Shown in pieces: positions 12,057 through 26,315 of a DNA stretch of 64,000 nucleotides (the first letter of the stretch is position 1; each line of letters begins with the position of its first letter). The DNA comes from Camelus ferus (taxonomy: Eukaryota): positions 60,204,001 through 60,268,000 of the forward strand of contig NC_045697.1 of assembly GCF_009834535.1 (NCBI RefSeq), given 5' to 3'. Under the pieces are notes generated by a model. The model was not told the origin of the DNA, did no database searches, and saw only the letters and a program-made list of their open reading frames with translations. The position numbers and the translations under genes were made by a program.

Positions 12057-14904
12057 CTTATGCAAACTTCAGGAGACAAATGCTTTCTCTATGTCTGTTT
12101 CTCCTCTGTGTCTTAGGCTCATTTTCTCCCCTCCGTCTCTCTTTCTTTCTTTCTCTCACATCACTTAACTTGGTGGCAACATTCATAGAGCCAACGTTAT
12201 AGGTCTAGGAGAAAGAGGTTGAGTAGACTCTTTTCCCAATGCCAAAAAACTGGAATGCTACAGTAAGACAAATCTCCCTTTCAATTCAGAATGCTCTCAA
12301 GTCTAGTATCCCCCATAAAGAAAGGGTCGAGATTGAAAAAAAAAACTCTTTGGGGAAAAAAATAAAGGTGACAAATGAGATTTGTTTGGCATAGATTTTA
12401 AACTTTATATTTAATATCTTCCTGCAACATATATTCCGTGGTTCTCCATAGACCTTCCAGTTCCAAAGTTTATGTGCTTGGTCCCTTTATCATATACCTG
12501 ACCCTGAATGTGTCTAAGTTTGCCATCTCTGTCATTGTGCTATAATAGCCAAATTCTAGCTAGTCACATAAAGAACCTCATGTATCTATCCTCTGTGCCT
12601 ACAGCCCTTGGAAACTTGTGGCCATAGTAGTTTTCATGGATTTAGAGACCTGTTACTGGCATTCTCCTTGAAGACAGTCAGTAATTGTCATATACAAGGC
12701 TGACTCCGGCGTCTCATCTGTTAGGAAGCTTCCATAACTGAATGTGTTATCCAAATAATAAATATATAGCAAATAGTGAAAAGGATTCCAAGCAGGACTT
12801 CACCAGCTTTTGTCTCAGTGTGCATACATTTTCTAAATAAATCCAGATACCTACTAGCAATTATTCTAATAAAGTCAGAGATTTTTTCAAGATGAAAGTG
12901 AGCTTCAAATCAAGTGTTTCACTTTATAGGTGATAAACTTGAGATCCAGGGAAATTAAGTGACTTCTCTAATCACTTAATTTATGGTAAAGGCAGGACTG
13001 AAAGTTAGGTATGTTATTAACATTAGGAACTTTTTAGAATATACCTTAATGTTTCAGTATACTAGCATCAAAACACCAAAACAACCTACATTGCAATATC
13101 CTTTTAGCTTTTAATCCATAGTTTGAGCAATCAATTCCTCTTTATAAAGAGTCATATCTTAGCACTGATGTAACTTTATTTGATGTAATATTTAGTATCC
13201 CTTTTTACAGTTTGTCATTTTGAAGAGAGAGTATGAATTTGTTTGATAAAGTTGGCATTTTTCGTAACTGAAGTAAATATGAAAGGTGAGTTTGTGGGTG
13301 TTTGTATCCTCTCCATCTTAATGTCCTCATATTTTATGAAATCTGAAAATCAGCTGTATGGAATTAATCTATTTTCTAATAACTTCAGTTGAGACCAGAG
13401 ATAAGCAAATTCTATCTCCTTTTATGAGCAGCAATAAGATGTCATGTACAGATTTAAAAATCACAGAGAATTGGAGTAAAACCCCAGTGACTCTGGCTAC
13501 TTTATTTCTCTGCTGCTTAGGTTTCTCACCTAGCATGGTTTGGGGATTAGAGGTAACATATCCAATTCGCCTGAAACATCAAAGACCTTAAATGTGTATT
13601 AGCTTGTTACTATTGTTTCTCAGAAACTTTACATTTACCTAAGGAGATTGTGTGAACATTTTAAGATGTCAAATAAAGAAATATATACCAACATTAAACT
13701 GCATTAATAATCAGAAATACAGGCAATTGAATAGCCACAGTCTTTAGAAAGAGCCAGTATTGCATCCAGAAACAGTATCTTTTACTTAGATGATGTCCTG
13801 GGGGGAACAAATAATGGTAGTTCTTAAATTGTAATGGCTTCAGAAACCACTGGAATTTGTTTCACTCAATGAGAGAAGGTCTTTCTCAAAGATACAAGTT
13901 CCATCTAATTATTAATTTCTGAGCTAATACATCAGTAGCATGAAGCTGATTAACTCTTCCATGCTTTTTAGTCCTATAACATTGAACTTAAGTCTAAGAA
14001 TTATAACTGCCAGTAGAAAGTATCATCAAAAATCAAGTGTCTGATTGTGATTCTTGAGTCAATTTTTCATTTTACTTACTTTGACAAGGAAAAATAGTGA
14101 TTTTTAGATATTCATCTAATTTTAAGGACATCTTTAAATCTTTTGGGTTGATTGGAGCTCTATTTGTGAAGTTACAATCAACTATTTTTAGAACTGTGAT
14201 GACCCATATTTAAGTGAAAATTTTTAAAGTAAAAATAACACTCTAACAAGTGAAATCACCTATTACAAGCATTGGTAACCTCAAGGTGACCAATTGTGGT
14301 CCCTAGAAATACTAAAACATTATTTCAATAGGGTAGAGTAGATATTTGCCTCTTTAGTAAATAGTTATGTTATAAGCTCAACTTTTTAAATGACAAGATA
14401 GAGAATAAGTCCAAAAATAATTAACTTTATGAATATTAATTTAAAAATTCACTTTTTCTTCATTTTCCTTTTTAAATTAAGAGTAATGATTAATCCAATG
14501 TTTTCAACTCTCAAAGCACTTGTGTCAACAGTTCCTCATACTTAGAAGTTTCTTGCTTAAATCAAAGAAGGAGTGGAATTAAAGATATTCAAGACATGAT
14601 ACTTTACTTTTAAATTTAAAAGGGCACACATTGGCAAAGATATTTTCCTAACTGCAAAATTCTAACATTGTGCTTGAACATCCCTTCTACAGTGTGTATA
14701 CAAATTTCAAGACTGATTTTTCTGATCTAACATGTTTTCCAAATCTTCTCTATAATTGTTGCTTTTACTAGACTATGAGCTCTTTAAAGACAGGAACTGT
14801 ATGACATTATTTCAATTTTACATGCCAAGTACCTATTAGATATGTTCTCATTTGTACAAAAACTAAATTTCACTGTTAAAATGCTAGCCTCCTACAAGCT
14901 AAGG

Positions 14905-15253
14905 TTATCAGGACTCTAGAGGCAAACTCTCTTGGCTTATATTCCTTATCTATTGTATATTGGACCAGTGCCTTAGTTTACTTTACCTGCAAATGTAGAA
15001 ATAATAATAGCATCTATTTTATAGGTTCTGTGAATATTTAAACTGTTAGTATATATTAAAATACCAAGAACAATGTGAGACGCCCAATAACTATTAAATG
15101 AAAGTTGGGCTTGGAGCCTAGAGGTTAAGAGAATGAACTCAGGAACCTAGTGCCTAAATCTAAATCCTGCTTACACCATGTACTACCTGTAATTTTGTTG
15201 TAATTAATATCTCTACAACTCAATAGTCAAAATCTATCAAATGGGGATAATAC
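14905..15253 (+). mobile_element. Two tandem MIR SINEs; the second is interrupted by an LTR
   Basis: MIR motifs 'ggttaagagaatgaactcagga' and 'aatggggataata'; the MIR resumes after 15808. Confidence 0.75.
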
Positions 15254-15808
15254 TGTTACCACAAAAAGGGAAGGAAAAATGACCCCAGTTCTTGTCTTAC
15301 CTAAAAGAGAAGAATTCGGACAGGAGACTAAAGCATTGTGTAGCAAAAGATTTTAAAGATTTTATTGGCAAAGGTAAAGTACACTTCCAAGATTGGGAGG
15401 CGGGCCCTTCCAAGGGCAGATAGCAATGGTCTTTGTCTGCCCCTTCTCTTGTACCCTTGCTTAGAGGTGATCTCTTGATTGATTGACAGCTCTTGCCCCT
15501 TGAATGCTAGTCATGCTCATCCCCTTTTGCGCATGTCCTTACCCATGGTGCACACAGAAAAACCCATGGAGGGTGCCTAAACTACAATGCAGATTATATT
15601 ACAGTGATCATTGGGTCATGTCCAGTTAGGTCCTTGTTGCTACTGCAGCAGTTGCAGCTGTAGGGTTCTAAACTGTTTCTTGAGGGCACTCATTTAGAGG
15701 AAGTAAAGCCCCATTTTGTTGGAGGCAGGCATAACACCATCTTCTTGACCATCCTCCCTCTCCTCCATCTTATCTGCTCAGTGCCCCCACTTATCTAACT
15801 ACATAACA
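15254..15808 (-). mobile_element. Solo ERV LTR (probably ERV1 class)
   Basis: Terminal TGTTA...TAACA inverted ends; AATAAA on the minus strand (tttatt ~15362); flanks atac/ataa (3/4 TSD). Confidence 0.85.
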
Positions 15809-18800
15809 ATAATAATAATATTCCTACTGCTAAGAAAAATATGTGACACCTAACTATTTTAAGGTTAATTATATATCTCAAGAGGTATTCCAGGAAATTG
15901 TTCTTATTACTGTAAGTGAGTTCTTTCCCTGCAAACTTCTGTGTAATTTGCTACCCCAGTGTCCTGGGCTGCAGTTGGTTGATGTGAGCCTTGGAGGCCT
16001 ACTCTCCCTAAATAAGAAACAGCCACTTTCTCCTTTGCATCATGTTCCTGCGAGGCCATAAAAGCAGGGATACTTCTTCCACAGCAGAGTAGCATCTACT
16101 AACAAGTCACTTCAAAAGTGAAGAGTCTGAGAGATCATATATCTTAAATTCTATATGGAATTGTGAGTTCAACAGAAAGATGAAGAGGGAGAGAGAGGAA
16201 GAGAAGGCAGAAAAGAGAGAGAAATGAAATGGAAAAACAATGTTTAGAATCTTTAATAATTACCATGATTTCCTTTCCTCCAGTAAACAATTCACCCATA
16301 ATGCTTCATGATCCCTTTACTGTATGAGTTTGCAAATGGTTACTAGGTACTTGCTTTATGAAAATAGTCAAAAAAGGACCTCCGATGTTATACAAGTATG
16401 TTGTCCCTAAGGAGGCATGGATGACATGCTAGTCTCCAAACCAGCAATTTATTTGCTTCACTGTCTAGTAAGACAAAACCTTGGGATGGGCAGAATAGGC
16501 CTGTGAAAGTACCTGACCTGGGAAGAAGGGTCACAGAACTAGTCTTTGGATTCAATCTAAAGGGTCTCTGTGCTATTCTCACGCAGTTTGGTATCTGGAT
16601 ACTGGGGCTGAAAGCCTTCCTTTTCTTTCTGCTTTGTTTTCCATACTATGTAATTTAAATTTTTTTCTTGAAATATTGATTTGTGATTATACTCCATTAG
16701 TGTGGCCAATGGCTTGGCTTACACATAATTTTCTTTTCCCTTTTTTGACCATGGTTTCAACAGAACTATAATGTTGACTTAACCTGGCATAGTGCCTCCT
16801 CTCTCCCAGTTTACAACTGTTCTCTTTTATGAATGTTCAATGGGAGATATTTCAGTGGGTTGAAATGACACTTTTATTCTAGGAGACTACAACATAATCA
16901 AGCTGGTCTAATGATTAGTGAGTAAATTCTTTGCCAAAAGCATTCATGAGCACACAGGGGAAACATACACACTTGTCATTTGAGAATCTGTCTACAGTGT
17001 AAATAGTTAGAGCAAAGTGATTTGTGATGCCTATGTTAAAGGAGCAATGTCATGGATTAAAAATTAGTTTTATTTAATAACCATGCATACATCTGGAATT
17101 TCTGGCCCAACCACAGGCTTGAAACTCAGCTGAATTTGATATTCTGTATCATCACTGTGCATTGATTCCTCTTAGACTTACCACAATCTCAGTCTCTACA
17201 CATTCCTGAGCCCTCTTCCCCTCCTCGTATCCATTCCATTCTAAGGTAGTAAAACTGGTCACTGATACTAAGGACTTAAAGTGTAGTCATTTCCTTTGTA
17301 GGCTGCATTAGGAATATCCAAGAACAAAATTAGTTGTGTCACATCAAATCTCCATATAGCCATTTAAAATTACCTATCCATTTCCGCAGTAAAGATCTTA
17401 CCCTTGTTTATCTCTAATAAGGTAACCAATCCCTTTCTGGAACTGACCAAAAAATACTCACCTTGTTTTCTTTCCATTTCCTTTTTCTTTCATTTGTTTT
17501 TAACAGAGCTTATATTCTTATTTCTAGTCATTGTGACCATGGATCTCAGCTCTTAAAATTCCAGGTTCAATGCAGTTTATACCATGCAAAATTGAACTGA
17601 AAAGTCACATGAATATTTTAATCATTTAAACAAAAATTCTGTTGAAATTACATGGATTGTAGAATAAAATTAACTCTCAAACAGAATTACCTGTGGACAA
17701 ACCCCTGGACTCTTCAAAACTGGGTTGAAATTAGGCATTTATTGCAAATAATGCAAATATTCACTGTTAGGGAATATCCTGCCTGTTTTTTTGAGGTTAT
17801 GGAGGAACAGATGATCTTTTCTAAAGTGAATCATTGCCGTATAGCATTACTCATCACCAGCCAACCTCCAGCTGCTTTGTCAGAGCCATTTTTTGTGATG
17901 GTAATTTTTTTTTTTTGTCCCTTAATTCCTCAAGTTTTAGGACTGAAAGTATTTCTCCTATTCCTGTGCCTTTCCTTGACCTCTCTCTTTACCTCTGGAG
18001 CAGTCAGAGTCCAAAGAGTAAAACATGAAATAACAGCATTGAAAATTAGCAACAATATTCATTCATCACCTGTAAAATAGATAATGGAGGAAATGTCTAA
18101 CTGACAGCTGACAAAGCTTTTCTTGTCTTCAGTCCCATGGCACAATTCTAACAGTTGCAGTTTCCCCAGATGTATATGGATGCTGACTGTGCTAGTTGAC
18201 ATGCTGTTCTTAGCAAAATGCAATGTGTTCAATCAAGCTGGTCGAGCCAGAGTCCATAAATTTATCATGCAAATGTTAGTGGCGAGAAAGCCTTCTCAGA
18301 GGCTGCTTATGCACAGGGAGCCAGGGTTGGCTTCTGTTTCCAACCTGACAGTTCATTTAGTGGTCTTATTGACCTCTGCCGTCTCAGGGCCAAGTTTCTC
18401 ACAACCATTCAAAACACTGGTAAAATTTATTTCAAAAGCATAATTGTAATGAAAGACTCTCCATTTATAAAATGAGCACACACCAACAAAGGTTTTTCAG
18501 ACACATTGTAGATGGAATGACATTTTTAGAAAATGCACCAGGGCAATAGTTTGCCTTTGTTGTAACAGAGTGAAAGATGTGAAATGTATGTCTGAATGTT
18601 AGAACTCCACTAAATTATAGCAGGAAAAAATTCAAATGTAATAATAAAATTTACTAGTAAAAAGGACTGTACTGTTTTCCAAAATAAAGATACCTAATAC
18701 TAGATTGTTTATTTGACAAAATCCACATTGGTAAATATCAGATTTATTTAATATAGAGTTTCTCAAATTTTGTATCTAAACTCCCCTAGAGAATCTAAGA

Positions 18801-19224
18801 ATGATGACCATCAGAATCTTTCATTTATCTGAAACCAAATAAAAATAAGTTAAAAATATATGTAGTGAGCACTGAATGTTTCGTAGTAATATTTCTTAAA
18901 TTTCTTTAGACCCATTGTGATTTTTTTAAACCAGGGAGAATTGGGGAAATAATTGATTTTAATAGCTTTTGTTAACAGTAATATCTTGCATTTGTCATGT
19001 ATCTGTAGAAACTAACATTTTTTGAGAACCACGTGTCAGATGCTATGGCATCTCAAATGTTTTAATTCTTCACCAGAACCTTCTGATGTAGGTAATTTTA
19101 TTCCCTATTTTTCTCAATTGTTTTACTGATACTTTTCTCTGACATTTCCATTCTGCTTTTGCGATTACCCAGTAGGTAATTTTTCTTTCCCTTAGCCGTT
19201 TGACATAACTCCACTCTTATTATT

Positions 19225-19720
19225 TGTCCTAGAGAAATGAAAATGTATGTAAATAGAAAAAAAACCTGCCCTTGAATCTTTATAACAAATCTATTCACAA
19301 TCTCCAAAAATTAGAAAGAATCCAAATGTCTTTCAACATGTGCTAAGTAATCTCTGGTATATCCATACAATGGAATATTATTCAGCAAAATATAATAAAT
19401 TATTGATAAATTCAGTAACTTGAATTTGCCTTCAAGGTATTATGCTGGAAAGAAGAAAGAAAACTTACAAGGTTACATACTGTTTGGCATTTATGCATTT
19501 ATGTGACATTCTCGAAATATTACATCTATTCATCTTTGCCTGGGTTTAGGGATAGGGGAGATATGATTCTCAAGACATGGCACAAAAGAGGTTTTTGGGG
19601 GTGATGGAATTGTTTTGTATTCTTATTGTGCTAGTTGGTTACATGAATCTATACATGTGTTACAATTCATAGAAATACACGCCAGAAAGTAAATTTTAAA
19701 AGATAATAATTTTAAAAAGT
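19225..19720 (+). mobile_element. Old L1 (L1MC/ME-like) 3' end
   Basis: 'tatccatacaatggaatattattcagc', 'tttttgggggtgatggaattgttttgtattctt'. Confidence 0.9.
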
Positions 19721-20631
19721 AGTGAAGACACGAGTGTAAGATAATTTTCACAGTGGCGAGGGATTTTTTTTTCCTGAAAATGAGTAGAAGTTTGTGAAAA
19801 TACAGTATTATTCAAATATTTGAAAAACTGTTTTATGGCTTACACAAAATTATCAAAATTAAGAACACTGAACTTCTTTAAAACGATTATTTGTTTTTAT
19901 AATATCACTTATTTCATCTTGGTGTTGCACAGTCTTATTTGTAATTATCCTATTATTTTCATTCTGTTCAGTAATCTAATTGTGTTAATGTAACAACCAA
20001 CTGTATACGCCAACCACTACAGTCATATTCCACTAATTTTAGATCATCAAAAGGATCCTTAATATTGCTGGTCATTTAGGAAAGTCACAAATTAGAGGAA
20101 GAGAAGTGCCTGAATTCCTTTTCTTCCCTCTAGTGTTATAAGTCTCTTTCTATCTGACTTTATTTATTGAGTAGAGCTGCCAAGATCTTCCAGTGTGGAA
20201 ATTGGAGATACTTAATTCTTGAGCACATGGCTCAAAACATTAACGTTTTAAACTTGGCATAAACTTCAGTCTCAGGAAAAAACAGCTGCTCTGCTAAGCA
20301 TTGGGGGAAAATGATCATTTAAAAAGTTTTAAATAAGTGGAAAATGCTCTTCTGCCTGATCATTAGAAAGTTTTGGGAAATGTTTGCAGTTGAGGAAAAC
20401 CCTGCCCCAACCTCATTAGATATTATGGTCAATGTGATATGTGAACAGGGGGAAAAGAAACACATTCTGTTGAGCATAGAATTAAAACATATATTTATGA
20501 TGTCAGCACAATAATTGTTTGGAATTTTTTAGGGTTTTTATCTCAATTTGTATATGCAGTTCATTCTTGAGGGGTACTTAAAATGATGCTGTTTTATGTT
20601 GTTTTCTGGTCTACTTCCCTGGTATCATCAC

Positions 20632-20705
20632 TTTTTTTAAAAAACTGAAGTACGTATAGTTGACATAAAATATTATATTAGTTGCAAGAGTACAACATAG
20701 TGACA
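20632..20705 (-). mobile_element. Very short L1 3' tail
   Basis: poly-T followed by 'gaagtacgtatagttgacataaaatattatattagttgcaagagtacaacatagtga'. Confidence 0.7.
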
Positions 20706-21046
20706 TATAACTATTGCCATCTTTGGTTATTTACTTTGAAGCATTTATCCAGAAATGATACTTCTTCATGTAGCAAACAAGCAAAAAAAAAAAAAAAAAA
20801 GAATTCTTCAATGAAATAAGGATAACATAAAATGCTGAAATAAAGAAACATTGCTTCCATTTTCCTTTCTTGTCTCTCTCACTTTTTCTTTAGTCCTTCC
20901 CTCTCCCTCCTTCCCTCCTTTTCTTTTCTCCTTTATTTTGAACTTTAAAATATAATGACATAGAACCTCAGTCCTACAATAATCATACAAACAAAAAAAG
21001 AAAAAGAAATAAAAGATTAAAATAAGTAGAGGCACTTCTGGGCATG

Positions 21047-21050
<4 letters not shown>

Positions 21051-21092
<42 letters not shown>

Positions 21093-21109
21093 TACACATA
21101 TATACAGAC

Positions 21110-21146
<37 letters not shown>

Positions 21147-21157
21147 TACATACATAC
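21051..21157. repeat. Compound microsatellite (TA)n(CA)n(CAGA)n(CATA)n
   Basis: Directly visible. Confidence 0.98.
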
Positions 21158-24100
21158 AATTTATATAAAATATCTCTATTTTTTTTTGAATTTTACCCAT
21201 GATAAATCCTATGCTAGATGGAAATAAATACAAATTTTCATCACTGAGTCAATTCATTTTCTATTTTGGATGTGAGCATCTTACCCTATAGCCAACTTTG
21301 TTTCATTTACATTCTTTGGAACATTTCAAACATGATTCAGATTCTGTACTTAAAACTCAGAGAAAAGAATAGTAATTTCTTCTCCAAAATCAATGTAAAT
21401 CCAGCCACTCTCAGAAAGTGTATGTGGCTTGCAAATGCACCATCCAAAGTATAATCACCAACGAATTTTTTAACTAGTATATTTACCATAGAAAAGAGTA
21501 ACCTCTGATAACATTTATAGCTGTAATATCTGTTCGAAATACACATTACTGCATGTTGAATCTTTTTTCTTTCTTTTTTGTTTTAGTACATTCTGTCTAA
21601 TGATGAAAAACTAGTTTTAGATAATAGATGAATAATTAACATCCCCAATTTTATGCAGTAATTAATTTTGAACATTTGTGTTACAATCACCTTTTTAAAA
21701 GGGGTGAATTCTATTTTTATATTCACATGAAATAAGTTCTAAGGCTAAAATACTATATATTTTTGTATGTGTATACACATACATATGTCTATATATATAT
21801 ATATATATATGTTGGCAAATAATAAATACCTCACTATAAAAATTTCATTTGAAAAGATAATCCTAAACATTTTTCTAGGATGGAAATTGTGTCCCAATAT
21901 AACAATTATAATACTGTACTCTAATGATTAAGTTTTACTTTTTTCTTTAGGCATCACAAATTCAGTGTATACTTGGTTTTTCACTGTGTTACATTTGGAA
22001 AAGTAGTCAGCTAAGGAGTAACTCTTCCCTTTTATTCTCCCTTGTATGTAATGGAAGCAGTAATTCAGTAATGCTGCCGTGGGAAATTAATGGAATCTCA
22101 ACCCTTTGCCTCTGATCTATGTCCTTTCAGAGTTATACTTTAAGAAAGACAAACATACAGAAGATTTCAAATTGCCAGCATTTTTTTCAAAAGGAAGTTA
22201 CTTTTCCTTATTTTGAGACTGAGTGTAAGTTTAACACATCACTTTGGGTGCCTTCTTTATGGAATATTTTGCATAGAGAATGTCTCTCATTTCCTAATGA
22301 TCATTTGATCCCTTTCTTCCCATGGCCACATTTAATGAGAACACTGACTATCAAGCTTTGCTTTGTCCATTGAGAAGGCAAATAGAATGCTAGTGCAAAT
22401 GTCTGGCCAGAACTTTGAGTTTCAGTTTCATCTGTATTGCCAACATGCTCTAATTAAGATAATTCTTTCATGATTTATTATTTGCTCAAGCTTGTTATAA
22501 AGGTTCTTCTGATTTTTTTTGTTTATTTTATACAGTGGATAAACAATGATCTTAATCTATAGTGCTTCCATGGATTCCATTGTTTTATGCTATAACTGTC
22601 CATAATTAATGAATACATAGAAACTGGTAAATTTGCAAGGTAACATAGTAGGATAGAGTCAGACTGAGCACAGTTCATTGAGATTTGCAGTTTAATCAGC
22701 TAGGGTCCACAGGCTGATCTAATGAGAACAGCGCTCAAGAAAGACCCAATTATCTCAGAATGATCTGATGAGGACATAGCAACCACTTAACCAGCTAGTA
22801 CTTTTGACATTGAGATGGTAAGAAAATAATCATCATCATAATAATTACTAATACAACTATTATATGAACATACAGCTATATATAAACCATCTGTCTCTCT
22901 CTACAGTATATGTAGGCTGTACTATATATTTTATATACTTTATATACATAGTGTGTACATATACTACCTATATCTATGCTAAATAGATACTGTATACATA
23001 TTTATAGAGAGTGATCGATAGCTAGATGGCTGGATTGCTTAAGCAACTCCTCAAGCCATTTCCTTAAGCCAATTCATATCCCCTCTATGAGACAAGAATT
23101 TTTATTCCTGTTTTATGGAATGAACTGAAGTCACTTTAATTTTTCAAACATAAATTTGTACTTCAATAACTGATAATATTTCTAACATTGCAACATCATC
23201 TTGGACTTTGCTATTAAATATAAGAAAGTATTACATGATGACACATTATGTTAAGGCCAGATGTGTTCTTCATAATTTTGAAGATTAAAGACCTTGCATT
23301 CTGATAAAAACTGTTTTATATTGTATGCTATTGGATACAATGGATAAAATATATTTTATATATATTTTACTGATTTTATTTTATAAAATAGTCTATAATT
23401 TTAGCTAATACAGAGTAGCTAAATCTAATCAGCATATTTCATTACCTTTCTCCTAAAATAATTCTACAATATAAATTTGGGATACCTAATCCAAACCCTT
23501 TGAGCATGTGGGCTTCAAAAATATTTTTAGCATACAGTTAATATGTACTAAAGTTATTATTTTAACAGCAATATGTCCGTATTATGAGTTCTCTACTTAA
23601 ATAATTTCTGAGAATCCATAGAAATATTACAAACTTTGCTATAAAATTTGCATGAACGAATACTATCAAAAATGATTTTATGATTTCAGATTTAATATTT
23701 GATTCTGCATGTAAAATAAGTGACTTTTATTATATGAGACAATTAATTTCTCTTCACAGATATTTATGTGTGAAATTAAATATTTCATACATTCATTAAT
23801 TTTATAATTTTAGAAACCAGCCACTCAGAGGTACACTAGTCAACTTTTCCATTTGTGTGAAAGCTAATTCTTTAATGGGCAGTAATAATTTTCTCTGCCT
23901 AATGAGTCATCGTGCATGCCCTGCATATTGAGTACTTAAAATACTCTTTTTATTTTCATCATCAACAATATTGGACTGTATCTTTCAGCATAAAAATTTT
24001 GATCCTTTGAGTTAGGTATTTAAATACTTCTCTTTATGTTAATGACATTGTTAAACATTAACATAATTTTGCCCTTCAAAAGGCCAGCCACATCCTCATG

Positions 24101-26315
24101 AATTCATGTTCTTCTGAAAGTGCCCTTGTTTGTTATTTATTCTCATTAAAAGCCTGCCAAAGTCATAGAGATGGGACCAACTTCTAGAGACAGAAGTGCA
24201 AAATGACACTATGTTTAGTGACATTCATATATGGATACAATAAAGCAAAGATTAGTCACTCCAAATATTAAGCATAGTGCATAAATTTGTTTGCACACTG
24301 ATAAATTTAGTATTTTTATAAGTAGAAGTGAAGCCACTGTGATTTTACTTGGAAAAACTATGAAACCAGAAACTGCAAAAGTAAACTATTTTCCTAAAAC
24401 TTTTAGCATATTATCATAATCATGGTAGAGCAAATTTGAAATAGGAAAGATATTTATTCTCCATGAGACAAAGAGAAGATTATTTATTCTCTAGGAAGAT
24501 ATTACATGTAAGGAGCCCAATGGAATACATTATAAAGTGTAATTAAAATATATAGTATAAAATAATACTTCTCTTTCCGTTAAACAAGGTTTCATTCAAA
24601 TAATGAGAGTCAAATATATTGTGTAATGATTGAATTTTGGATATGAATATTTGACCCTCAGTTGACTCTACTTACATCTGAATCACTATCTCTCTCAGGT
24701 AAAATGTTAAGTATGAAAGAAAAGGGAAGCAAGTCATTTATTTTTCAAGCATACTGAAGTCCTTTAAAACAGAAAAGTAGAAATAATGTTTTGAGGACAT
24801 ATGGCAGTTGAATTAATATTTTGGGTTGAAAAGAATAGGCAATTAAAAGGGAGAGCACCAGCATCTAAGAACAAATTTCCTTTTCTGGGAGTTGTGGCAG
24901 CTAACCATGTACAGTCTTAATGTCATCTTCCTGTGGGTATAATTGTCAAATTAATTCCATTTTCTACTACCTTAGTTTTTGATCTAGATTTGTGCATAAA
25001 TTTGTTGAACTGTGATCAATCACTGTGATTTTTATCAATAATTTTGTACTTCATGGCAAACTCTCCGTTAAAAATAACCACAAATTAAAAAGAAAACCAA
25101 AACAAAAATAAAAACATCTATCAACTTGGGAAAAACTTACCCCACTGTAGCTAATACGATAAAGCTGCGGTATGTAGACTTGGTAGTGCTTTTAGTGCTT
25201 TACAATAATGAATCCTTGCTTCTCATGGGTATGTAGAATTTCAGATTCAACACAATTTTTTTGAAGCTAGTTTATTCTGTAACATTAAAAAGAAATAACT
25301 TCTTTGTTGATTGACCATACTAATGTTCAGTCTTTTTGAGAACATGAGTCTTTCCTGCATTTTAGTAGCTCTTCTGGGTCCAGGAAATGTTTAGTTCACT
25401 GTCAGTTATCTCATCATATATGTCTACATGATTCCACAGATATCTGTGTGATTAGAAAAAAGAATTAATAAGTTAATTTTCTGTAAGAAATATTTTTGCT
25501 GATTTCCCCTAACTCCTCCATAAGCACCCTACTACACTCTTTTTTCAGAATAATGTTAGAAGATTTCCCGTGAGCATATTCACTAATAGATTAATGCTGC
25601 TGGAGACCTCTCCCAGAAGAACTTTTTGATTTCAGACTCCCAACTCCTTGTGTCCCATCTACCAACTTAGTGTGTAGGAGTTGGTAGAGAAAAGGTGGTA
25701 GTATCAGTTTTTGCATTTATATAAGCTAATGGTTTAATGTCTGTAGTTCTTGGCATATGTTAATTACTGGAAAGAGATTTCCCCCAATATGGCTTCTGTC
25801 TTTCCCATTTTAGCATTCTCAACTTTAGCTCCATTAGTACTTCTCTCTTCTCCATATAGAAACACTTTCCACCTAAGCACTTACCACAATTTTAGATGTG
25901 CTTCAACACATAATTAGCCTTTTGAAAAATACCTTTAAAAACATAGAAAACATTTGCAACTAAATGATGAACAAGGAAAAGTTATTTCTATTACAATCTA
26001 AAACAGTCTGAAAAATGATACCAAAAAAAAATCAGAAACTAGTCCTAAAAATGACCTATTTCAAAAAAATTAATTTGACAATGTATATATTAATTTAAAA
26101 TTTGAATTGTCTTTTGCCAAAGAGTGTTTGTTTATATTACATTAAATATTTAGCTCTCTAAATATGCATATGGAGATCTACACAATGATAATAATACTCC
26201 CAAAATATGTGTTCTTTTTTTTTATCAGAAAAGAGGAAGATTTAATACCAACTATTGATTCACATCCAGGTGCAGACATCACTATAGTGCCCAGATATGG
26301 TTTCTTACTTGATTT

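Noticed and set aside
12420..12750. Possible ERVL/MaLR internal fragment
   Set aside because: Only a vague resemblance; no motif I could translate convincingly.
17652..18443. 142-aa and 106-aa ORFs as coding genes
   Set aside because: No recognisable domain; one runs through a poly-T tract; no convincing exon structure. Lengths are compatible with chance.
20808..21233. 141-aa minus-strand ORF
   Set aside because: Open only because it runs through a compound microsatellite and a low-complexity tract.
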